Below are positions 51,558-59,996 of a stretch of 64,000 nt of DNA, one piece after another; position 1 is the stretch's first letter, and each line of letters begins with the position of its first letter. The stretch is from Caenispirillum bisanense (GTDB lineage Bacteria; Pseudomonadota; Alphaproteobacteria; Rhodospirillales; Rhodospirillaceae). A model generated the notes under the pieces. The model did not search any database. It had not been told where the DNA came from and saw nothing but the letters and a program-made list of their open reading frames with translations. Where the stretch lies: the NCBI GenBank assembly GCA_945906455.1, contig CAMDRB010000001.1:710-64709 (forward strand). Reading direction: 5' to 3'. The position numbers were made by a program, and so were the translations under genes.

Positions 51558-52787
51558 CTACAAGAGGGCAAGCGAATTGAGTTGCAGGATCGGCATGAGG
51601 ATGGCGAGCATGATCAAGGCGACCACGCCGCCCATGGCCACCACGATCAATGGCTCCAGCAACCCGATGGCGATTGACGTAAAGGACTCGAATTCGCTTT
51701 CGAGATGATCGGCAGCCTTGGTCAACATGACATCAAGCTTTCCGGTATTTTCCCCGACTGCGGACATATAGATGACCATGGGGGGAAAGAGATTCGCCCG
51801 GCGCAGGCTGTTGGAGAGGCTGGTCCCCTCCTTGATCGAGTTTATTACGCGTCCAACCGCTTCGATCAGGACGAGATTCGACAGCGTGGTTTTCGCCGCG
51901 GCGAGACCCTCGATCAGGGGCGAACCGCTCGCGATCAAGGTGCTGAGGGTGCGGGCCAACCGCGCGGCATAAAGCCCCCGCAAAAGCTTTCCGAGTACCG
52001 GCAAGTCAAGCACAAGACGGTCCACGCGGCGGCGGAAGGATTCACGCTTGAGGGCGTGCCCGAATCCAATAAGGCCCAGAATTATGATGAATAGTCCGGC
52101 GAGGCCGAAGCGGCTCAATCCATCGGAAAGCGCAATTAGCATGCGCGTTAAGAAAGGGAGTTCCTGGCCCATCCCGTCAAATTGCGACACGACCTTCGGG
52201 ACAACGAACACCATCAATATCGCGACAACGACCACGGCTACGGCTGACAAGACCAACGGATAGATCAGCGCCGCAGTCACTTTCGCACGCAACCGCGCGG
52301 TTTTCTCCAAATGGTCCGCGAGTCGATCCAAGACCGACCCGAGGTTGCCGGAGATCTCGCCGGCGCCTATCAGGGCGCGGTAAAGCGGCGAAAAGACGCG
52401 CCCATGCTGTGCCATGGCGTCCGCCAGACGAAAGCCTTCCAAGACACCCGCCCGCACCGCCAAAAGCGTGGCTCGCATTGCCTTATTGTCGGATTGCAGG
52501 GCAATGGTCTGCAGGGACTCTTCCAACGGCGCGGCGGCGCTCACCATCGTTGCGAGTTGGCGCGTCATGACCATCACGGCAGACGGCCCCGGCGGCCGGC
52601 GGTGCAGCCACGACCTAAACGAGAGGGGGATTCCGCCTTTGCGATCCTCGGATACCGAGGACAGTTTGATCGGCATCAGGCGGCTTTCCCGAAGCTGGCG
52701 ACGGGCGAGCCGGGCCGTATCGGCCGACACGACGCCGGTCCTGACGCCGCCTCTGTGGTCCAATGCTTCGTATTCAAATGCCGGCAT
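51558..52787 (-). CDS. gspF: Type II secretion inner-membrane platform protein F
   Basis: 409 aa, a duplicated GspF domain, three TM segments, MPAFEYEALD at the N-terminus. Confidence 0.92.
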   Translation of the reverse strand: MPAFEYEALDHRGGVRTGVVSADTARLARRQLRESRLMPIKLSSVSEDRKGGIPLSFRSWLHRRPPGPSAVMVMTRQLATMVSAAAPLEESLQTIALQSDNKAMRATLLAVRAGVLEGFRLADAMAQHGRVFSPLYRALIGAGEISGNLGSVLDRLADHLEKTARLRAKVTAALIYPLVLSAVAVVVVAILMVFVVPKVVSQFDGMGQELPFLTRMLIALSDGLSRFGLAGLFIIILGLIGFGHALKRESFRRRVDRLVLDLPVLGKLLRGLYAARLARTLSTLIASGSPLIEGLAAAKTTLSNLVLIEAVGRVINSIKEGTSLSNSLRRANLFPPMVIYMSAVGENTGKLDVMLTKAADHLESEFESFTSIAIGLLEPLIVVAMGGVVALIMLAILMPILQLNSLALL

Positions 52788-52789
52788 GA

Positions 52790-54280
52790 CTAAGAATCCT
52801 GCCTAACGACACGGAAGACTTCCTCGACCGACGTCATGCCGTTCATCACGTGACGGAAGCCGCACTGCGCCAAAGTTTCCGTATCGCGGAATGCAACGGC
52901 GGTCAGTTCCTGTTCCGAGGCATTGTCATGAATTTTGGCGCGCAGGTCGTCGTGGACCGTGACGACTTCGTAAATGCCAAGGCGCCCGCGATAACCTGCG
53001 TTCTTGCACGCGGGGCAGCCGGTCGGCTTCCATAGGGTCACCGGGCCAGGACCTTCGAGGCCCAGCGCCGCGCATTCGGCCTGGCTGGCTGGAGCCGGCT
53101 TCTTACACGTCTCGCATAACCGGCGAACGAGTCGCTGCGCCACTACGGCCTTGATTGTGGACGCCAGGAGAAACGACTCAATTCCCATGTCACGTAGGCG
53201 CGTAACCGCGCTGATCGCGCTATTGGTGTGGACAGTCGAGAGTACAAGATGACCGGTCAAACTGCCTTGGACGGCAATCTGCGCGGTTTCGGCGTCGCGG
53301 ATTTCTCCGACCATGACGACGTCCGGATCCTGGCGAAGAATTGCGCGCAAGCCCGCGGCAAAGGTCATACCCACGCGAGGGTTGACCTGGGTCTGCCCAA
53401 CGCCGTCGAGGGCGTATTCCACGGGATCCTCGACCGTCAGGATATTTGTGGTCTTGTCGTTGAGCATGGATAGCGCCGCATACAGCGTCGTAGTCTTGCC
53501 CGAACCCGTCGGGCCGGTGGCAAGGACGATCCCGTTGGGTTCCGCGAGGGCCCTGCGGAATGCCGCCAAAGAACGGGGCTCCATGCCCAGTTGATCTAAC
53601 TCCATATGACCTTGCGTCTTGTCCAAGAGACGCATGACGACACGTTCGCCGTGTTGCGACGGTAATGTCGAAACGCGCACGTCCAGGGACTTCCCGCCGA
53701 TCGTCAGGGAGAGGCGCCCGTCTTGTGGCAGCCGCTTCTCGGCGATGTCGAGCCGCGCCATGACCTTGATGCGCGATACAAGAAGCGGCGCAATTCGACC
53801 GGCGAGACTGATAACTTCCTGCAATACACCGTCGATGCGCAGACGCACCGAGAGTTTATTTTCATAGGGTTCCACATGGATATCGGAGGCGCGGACCTTG
53901 ACGGCCTCGGCGATCAGGCCGTTGATCAGGCGGATGACCGGAGCTTCATCGGCAGCCTCGAGAAGATCAGCGACCTTCGGTATGCCCTCGATGAGGTGGC
54001 TGAGCGAATGATCACCGCTGAATTGATCGGCGATCTTGTCGGCCTCGATGCCGTCCAAGGCATAACTTTCCGCCAAGTGTCGTTCGAACACCGCCGGCGC
54101 GAGTGTTTCCAGCATGATCGGTACGCCCACAGCCCGGCGGGCCTCGAGAATTGCCTCAGCGCGCGGCCTTGCCAGAACACCCAGGCGCGCGATTTGACCG
54201 CGATTCAATACGATAATCCCGTGTTCCCGCGCGAAGGTGTAACTCAACGCCGATTCTACGCGATCAGGCAGGGCGTTCAT
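52790..54280 (-). CDS. gspE: Type II secretion ATPase E
   Basis: Walker A GPTGSGKTT, an Asp box, Walker B and a tetracysteine motif (CETC...CPAC). Confidence 0.95.
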   Translation of the reverse strand: MNALPDRVESALSYTFAREHGIIVLNRGQIARLGVLARPRAEAILEARRAVGVPIMLETLAPAVFERHLAESYALDGIEADKIADQFSGDHSLSHLIEGIPKVADLLEAADEAPVIRLINGLIAEAVKVRASDIHVEPYENKLSVRLRIDGVLQEVISLAGRIAPLLVSRIKVMARLDIAEKRLPQDGRLSLTIGGKSLDVRVSTLPSQHGERVVMRLLDKTQGHMELDQLGMEPRSLAAFRRALAEPNGIVLATGPTGSGKTTTLYAALSMLNDKTTNILTVEDPVEYALDGVGQTQVNPRVGMTFAAGLRAILRQDPDVVMVGEIRDAETAQIAVQGSLTGHLVLSTVHTNSAISAVTRLRDMGIESFLLASTIKAVVAQRLVRRLCETCKKPAPASQAECAALGLEGPGPVTLWKPTGCPACKNAGYRGRLGIYEVVTVHDDLRAKIHDNASEQELTAVAFRDTETLAQCGFRHVMNGMTSVEEVFRVVRQDS

Positions 54281-56325
54281 TTGGGTGCCCCACGCCCAGC
54301 CGCTTCGCCGCCGGGGGCCGGAATTGGATCGGCGCCGAGGATCTCGTTCGCAAATTCACCAAGCCGTGCGTTGCCATCGCCGCTGCTCCGCATCTGCTCG
54401 GACTGCATATAGTTAAATTTTCGCTCGGTGACCGCGCGAAGATCGCGCGCGTTGTTGATGATCGTCGGCCGCAGGAACACCATCAAATTCGTCCGCCGGC
54501 GCGATTTTGATTCGTTCTGAAAAAGCCTGCCCAATACTGGAATGTCGCCGAGCAACGGAACCTTGTCCAAAGAGATCTGTTCGTCGTCCTCGATCAAGCC
54601 GCCGAGAACGACGATTTGGCCGTTATCCGCCATGACGGTGGTCTCGATCTCGCGCTTATTGGTGACAAGCTCGGAGGATTGAGCGCTGACCGGGCCTAGA
54701 ACGCTGGAGACTTCCTGGCGGATAGAAAGCTTGATTGATTCGCCCTCATTGATTTGAGGTTTTACTTCGAGCTTGATGCCAACGTCCTTGCGCTCGATGG
54801 TGCGAAATGGATTGGTGTTGTTGCTGCCCAAGGCTTCGCCGGTCGTTATCGGTATTTCCCGGCCGACAAGAATTGAAGCCGCTTGATTGTCCATTGTCAT
54901 GATCGACGGCGTCGACAGGACGTTGGATCCGATATCGCGCTTCAGGGCATTGAGAATAACGCCGAAGATTGTTCCATTGCTTGACTGTCCGGCAAAACCG
55001 CCGAGGAAGCCGGCGGTACCAAGCAATGAGTCAACGGCCAGGCCTTGCAGCGCCTTTAGGGCATCGGTGTCTTCACCTTGAGTTTCGCGGTCAAGAACCA
55101 CCGCGCCTGTGGCCGCCAGTATACTCGGTGAAATATCGCCGGGAAAATTCGTCGCGGAGAAAGGAACTTGACTGCCCCTGCCGCCGGACAGGATGTACTG
55201 CACACCAAGCTGCTTTGCCGCCGAGTCCGAGACCTCGACAATGATCGCCTCGACTAGGACCTGAAGCCTCGGTATGTCGATTTGGCGAATAACCTCACTC
55301 AATTCCTGCTGAACGTCAGGCGAGGCGTTTATCACCAGGGCATTGGTTCCGCTGTGAACGGCGATGGTTGCCCGGCCCGGCTGGCCGCCAGCGCCATCCT
55401 TGGGCGGACTGCCTTTGGTCAAAGCGCTAATGCGCTCGAGTAACGGCAGCAGCTCTTCCGCCGCCACATACTTGAGGTGGACGACTTTCGTGTCCGCCGT
55501 CGATGCGCCCTGTGAGTCCAGTTTGTCGATGACCGGCTCAAGCATCTTGAGGAGCTCGGGCGGGCCGCGCAGGACAATACTATTGCTTCCCTCTAGCGGC
55601 ACGACGGTGAAATTGCTAAGGGCGTTATTGGCATCGCCTTGCGCCTTGGCAAGGTCGGAAACGACGCGCGCCATCTGTTCCGCCGAAGTATTTCGGAGCG
55701 TGATAATGCTGACGGTCGAGGGGTCACGGTCGAACGTGGCGACGACTTGGCGGATACGCCGGACGTTCGACGCATAGTCCACGACGATGACCGCATTGGT
55801 TCCGCGCGTCGTGACCACGCGACCCTGACGGTTGACCAGCGGCTGGATCATCTGCAGCGCGGTATTGACGTCGACGAAGCGCAGGTGAATCACTTCGGTG
55901 ATCAATTGATCGCCGCTGGCCGGCTGATCAAGCGGCGCTGCATCCTGCGCCGCGGACTCCTCAGGCACCACCCGGTAAGCACCACCGGAGGTCGGCAGCG
56001 CCGTGAAACCATTGGCGCGTAACGTCGAAAGGAAAAGGTCAAAGACATCATCGGGACTTAAGGCTGTCTGAGATATGACCGTGACCTTGCCTTGCACGCG
56101 GGGGTCGACGACGAAAGTCTTGCCGGTGAGTATCGAAACATCACCGATAAATGCTCGGATGTCGGCCTCACGCAGATTCAAGACCTGGTTTGGGCTTTGA
56201 CCTTGGCTCGGGTTTTGGGTGGCGCTTTGCGCCATAGCCCCACCCTCCCGCTCGCAAAAAATAGCGAGAAAGAGCCCCAGGGACGCGGCCAGAACCCGGC
56301 CACTCTGCTTGATATATTTATTCAT
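54277..56325 (-). CDS. gspD: Type II secretion secretin D
   Basis: 682 aa with a signal peptide, N0-N3 domains and a C-terminal secretin domain (VPLLGDIPVLGRLF). Confidence 0.93.
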   Translation of the reverse strand: MNKYIKQSGRVLAASLGLFLAIFCEREGGAMAQSATQNPSQGQSPNQVLNLREADIRAFIGDVSILTGKTFVVDPRVQGKVTVISQTALSPDDVFDLFLSTLRANGFTALPTSGGAYRVVPEESAAQDAAPLDQPASGDQLITEVIHLRFVDVNTALQMIQPLVNRQGRVVTTRGTNAVIVVDYASNVRRIRQVVATFDRDPSTVSIITLRNTSAEQMARVVSDLAKAQGDANNALSNFTVVPLEGSNSIVLRGPPELLKMLEPVIDKLDSQGASTADTKVVHLKYVAAEELLPLLERISALTKGSPPKDGAGGQPGRATIAVHSGTNALVINASPDVQQELSEVIRQIDIPRLQVLVEAIIVEVSDSAAKQLGVQYILSGGRGSQVPFSATNFPGDISPSILAATGAVVLDRETQGEDTDALKALQGLAVDSLLGTAGFLGGFAGQSSNGTIFGVILNALKRDIGSNVLSTPSIMTMDNQAASILVGREIPITTGEALGSNNTNPFRTIERKDVGIKLEVKPQINEGESIKLSIRQEVSSVLGPVSAQSSELVTNKREIETTVMADNGQIVVLGGLIEDDEQISLDKVPLLGDIPVLGRLFQNESKSRRRTNLMVFLRPTIINNARDLRAVTERKFNYMQSEQMRSSGDGNARLGEFANEILGADPIPAPGGEAAGRGAPK

Positions 56326-56327
56326 CG

Positions 56328-57278
56328 TTACCGATCAACCGCGATTCTGTGAACTTTTCGTTGCCCTTTGCGCTCGATATCGAGCGTGAGGCGTTCGGCA
56401 TCGCCCAAGCTCGGGACAAGGGCCGTCAGGCTTGCGATATCGCTGACGGGCATGCCATTTACGGCCAGCAACACGTCGCCGGACACCAGGCCTGCCTGTT
56501 CAAGCAGAGTTGGCGTGGCGGACTGCAACACCACACCAGCAGCGCCCGTATCACCGGTCTGTGCTGTGAAGCGCAGGTTGCTGAACAGAGCCTTCGCCCC
56601 GACGTCTATCCGTCGCCACGGTTCAGCCGCTTCGGTCGCGGCCGAAAGCATGGCCGGGGATGATCTGTCCGTCGCTGGTCCTACGCCCGGCATGTCCGCC
56701 GGCGAAACCCCGGCAACCACCTTTTCCTTATCGAGACTGAGACTTTCCGTGACGCCATTGCGCCGAATGGTCACACGACCGGGTAAGACCTGCTCGAGCC
56801 GCACGCCGGGCATGATGTTCTGGCCGGCGAAGTAGACGTTTTGGGTATTGTCGACACCGGCGATTATCGCGCTGCCGCCGGCGCCGCCTTGGCCCACGCG
56901 GATTCCGAACAGCTGCAGGCTGAGCATCGTTTCAGGTGCATGTGCGGCGGCCCCGCCCGAGGTCGCGGCAATCGCGCGGTGGAAGGGATCAAATGTTGTC
57001 AGCGCGCCGCTCCGCCAGGTCGAGCGCGATGCGGCCGGCGCCACCGCCTTGCCGACGGTCGCGAGAGCCTCGGACGATTCCGGCGATCCGATCAGAGTCC
57101 AGAGCAGCTGCGCAGCAAAGGCGGAAAGGCCGACGACGGCCACACCCTCGATCAATCCCCGCCACCGGGCCGCAGGCTGGGCGCGCAGCAGCCCGAGGCT
57201 CTGTGAGCCCCACCGCTCCATTCGCCGCGCCGTAGGCGCCAGCTTGAAATCGGGGAAACTCACCTCAGACATGCCCAT
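56328..57278 (-). CDS. gspC: Type II secretion protein C (TM + HR domain + PDZ)
   Basis: 316 aa with an N-terminal TM (VAVVGLSAFAAQLLWTL) and a C-terminal PDZ-like GLVSGDVLLAVNGMPV. It lies directly upstream of gspD. Confidence 0.78.
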   Translation of the reverse strand: MGMSEVSFPDFKLAPTARRMERWGSQSLGLLRAQPAARWRGLIEGVAVVGLSAFAAQLLWTLIGSPESSEALATVGKAVAPAASRSTWRSGALTTFDPFHRAIAATSGGAAAHAPETMLSLQLFGIRVGQGGAGGSAIIAGVDNTQNVYFAGQNIMPGVRLEQVLPGRVTIRRNGVTESLSLDKEKVVAGVSPADMPGVGPATDRSSPAMLSAATEAAEPWRRIDVGAKALFSNLRFTAQTGDTGAAGVVLQSATPTLLEQAGLVSGDVLLAVNGMPVSDIASLTALVPSLGDAERLTLDIERKGQRKVHRIAVDR

Positions 57279-57296
57279 TTCCCTTTAGAAACGGCG

Positions 57297-59891
57297 CTAG
57301 ACGCCAAATGAGAAGGACTGGCCAAGTTTGTAGGTGTCAACATTGACGGTCGTGCCTTCGTAGGCCTGCAGCGCCCGATACTTAGCGCCCGAAATATTTT
57401 CAGCTTTAAAGCTAACCTCGTATTCGCTTTCAAACACCGAGACCGTTCGGTTGTAGGTAAAATCCACACTTAAGGGCGGCCGCTCAAAAATTTCGGGCAA
57501 CGTCTGCGGCGCGGATGCGCGGATGCGCTTGCTCGAATAGTTCAGCAAAAGGGTCGCCGCCGACCCCGCCTCGGCATCCTCGTAGCCGACCTGAAAATTG
57601 GCGAGATACCGTGAGTGGCCTTGCAGCGCCCGGCCGTCCCGGATGATGAACGACGCCGGCAGGACTGTGCCGTTCTGACGGATAACAGTATCACCTGGCT
57701 TGATGTCGAGCTTGGATTCGCTCCAGGTGAAGTTTGTGGCCGCGAAGAAATTCTTGGTCGACAACCATTCTTGCTGCCACGGCGATTCCAAAACATATTT
57801 AAATTCGGCCTCGACGCCGTAGAGCTCGGCGCGCGGCACGTTCTGAAAAGTGGTCTGCTGGTTGTCGCCGGCTTCGTTGATGGTTTCTTCGACCGGGCTC
57901 GAAAGTTTCTTATAGAAACCGCCCAGGGTCACGTACTGTTCGTCGGCGAAATACCATTCCCACCGGCCGTCAATGTTAGTGATTCTGGAGTTGGTCAGGT
58001 TTGGATTGCCGACGAATTGCCGATCGGTATCGACGTCGATAAAGTCGGCCGGCGCCAATTCGCGGAACTGCGGGCGCCCGATGGTCTTCGATCCACCGAC
58101 GCGAACCTGCATGTTTTCAGCAAAGTTCCAGGTAATGGTCGCCGCCGGGAGCCAATAGCTCTCGTTAATCTCGGTTTCTACTCTTGTATTCGACGTGTAG
58201 AAGTCAAACGTATCGACCATCTGAGCGCCGGACTCGTATCGGCCGCCCAAGGCAGCGCGAACATAGTCGCCGACCTGCGCGTCCATCCCGACGTAGGCTC
58301 CATGCACCTGAAGGGCACCGGTGTAGGCTGGGGGCGCGGAACTGCCCGTGACCTCGGTGAGGACAAAACGGCCGGAATTGATGTTCTGATCGGAGAAAAT
58401 ATAGTCAATGCGCCGTGAAAGAAGCGCCGGCGGCAAGGGCCCCCCGGTCGGCAATAGACGATAGTCGCGTTGCTCGGAATCACGCGCGTTGTCGGTGTAG
58501 AGATAGCCCGCCTTCAAGACCATTTCGCGCTCGTTGAAGGTCGTTACTTTCGTCAAGTCGAGCGCGCCGGAGAAGAGCGTGTCATCGATCTTGCTGAATC
58601 GCGTCAGGTTTCGGCCTTGCGAGAAATCATAAGTGAGCTGGCCGGAGCCAAAATCGCGATACTGGGCAAAACGCTCATACGGAGCATCGCGCGTCGCGGT
58701 TGAGTACGAGCCCTTCCAATTGACGGTGAAGTCATCCTCGAGGTGATGCAGGCCGTCGATCTGATTGGTCCACATCTGGCGCTCGAACCACTCGGTATAG
58801 TCCCGGCGCACGATTGTGCCGAAATTCGCCGACAAGCCCTGCAGCGTACGCGCCTCCTTGGAGGTGTTGCGAATCAGGAGGCTGGTGAATTTTATCTCGT
58901 TGTTATCCCAGTCGGCGCCGAGGCCGAGCAAGGCATGCCAGCGAATGTCATTCTGCGTGCTGACAAAGTTGAAGTTGTCGGCAACCACCAGCACCCTGGC
59001 GCCTGCCGCGTTCGATCCAAACCGACCGTCCTGCTGCTGGCCGCGCTTGGTCCGCCAATTGTTGTCGTAGCCGGCAGAGACAAGAACGCCGTAACTGGTG
59101 TCGCCGCGCAGGAGCCGGTCGCCCATGGTCACGTCGAGCCCGAAATTTCCCGGGGTCGTGCCTTCGAAGACTACCCACAGATCCGAGTTGACCAGACTTC
59201 GGCCGATCGTCTGGAGCTCCGTATCCGAGAAATTCAAGGTGTTAATGCGCTTCTTGGAATCGATGGCCGCCTGCAGCGGATCCGGAATCGCGCGCGTGCC
59301 GCTGTCGAATCCTGCCCAATCGTAAGCTCCGCCCTCGTATAGCAGCCCGTTTTTCCAGGTAGTTTCGGTATTTCCGCTACCCGAGAGACTGACTTCAACG
59401 AACGACTCATCCGGGACGGTCTTGGTCTTGATTTCGAGCAAGCCTCCACCGAATTCACCGGAATATTGCGGCGAGTAGGTCTTCTGCGCCGACGCGCTCG
59501 CCAGAACCGCCGTGGGAAAAAGGTCGAGTGGGACAACGCGGCGGAGCGGTTCGGGGCTCGGCAGGGGAAGGCCATTGAGCATGGCGTTGGAGTAGCGTTC
59601 GCCCAGGCCCCGGATATAGATGAATTTTCCGCCGACCAGGCTCAAGCCCGTGACCCTGCGCAAAGATAACGCGATATTGCTATCGCCCTGCTTCTCGAGG
59701 TCCGCGGCGCTGATGAAGCTTGATATTTCGGATGTCTCGCGTTTGGGCTCGGGGATAAAGGCGCCACGAACGACAATTTCATCAACGGCATCGGCGGCCG
59801 GCGCTTGTTGGCCAGCTATCACGCTCGTGGACCAGCTCAGTGCGGTCGACGACAGCAGCGCCCCAGCCAGGATTGAACCAAAACGTTTCAT
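57297..59891 (-). CDS. TonB-dependent outer-membrane receptor (C-terminus truncated by in-frame TAG)
   Basis: Signal peptide, TonB box DEIVVRGAF, plug domain (IYIRGLGERYSNAMLNG) and a long beta-barrel. It ends ...SFSFGV-TAG, and the next codons read RRF-TAA. The ATG at 59891 follows an AGAGGTG RBS. Confidence 0.88.
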   Translation of the reverse strand: MKRFGSILAGALLSSTALSWSTSVIAGQQAPAADAVDEIVVRGAFIPEPKRETSEISSFISAADLEKQGDSNIALSLRRVTGLSLVGGKFIYIRGLGERYSNAMLNGLPLPSPEPLRRVVPLDLFPTAVLASASAQKTYSPQYSGEFGGGLLEIKTKTVPDESFVEVSLSGSGNTETTWKNGLLYEGGAYDWAGFDSGTRAIPDPLQAAIDSKKRINTLNFSDTELQTIGRSLVNSDLWVVFEGTTPGNFGLDVTMGDRLLRGDTSYGVLVSAGYDNNWRTKRGQQQDGRFGSNAAGARVLVVADNFNFVSTQNDIRWHALLGLGADWDNNEIKFTSLLIRNTSKEARTLQGLSANFGTIVRRDYTEWFERQMWTNQIDGLHHLEDDFTVNWKGSYSTATRDAPYERFAQYRDFGSGQLTYDFSQGRNLTRFSKIDDTLFSGALDLTKVTTFNEREMVLKAGYLYTDNARDSEQRDYRLLPTGGPLPPALLSRRIDYIFSDQNINSGRFVLTEVTGSSAPPAYTGALQVHGAYVGMDAQVGDYVRAALGGRYESGAQMVDTFDFYTSNTRVETEINESYWLPAATITWNFAENMQVRVGGSKTIGRPQFRELAPADFIDVDTDRQFVGNPNLTNSRITNIDGRWEWYFADEQYVTLGGFYKKLSSPVEETINEAGDNQQTTFQNVPRAELYGVEAEFKYVLESPWQQEWLSTKNFFAATNFTWSESKLDIKPGDTVIRQNGTVLPASFIIRDGRALQGHSRYLANFQVGYEDAEAGSAATLLLNYSSKRIRASAPQTLPEIFERPPLSVDFTYNRTVSVFESEYEVSFKAENISGAKYRALQAYEGTTVNVDTYKLGQSFSFGV

Positions 59892-59996
59892 TGCAGTCAC
59901 CTCTTTACTGATCCCCCGAGAGGGCTTGGACGCATTGTCCGGATGAGACCGCCCGGCGGCGGCTCCCTTTTGCCGCCACCGGGTTTTGAGTCTCGG

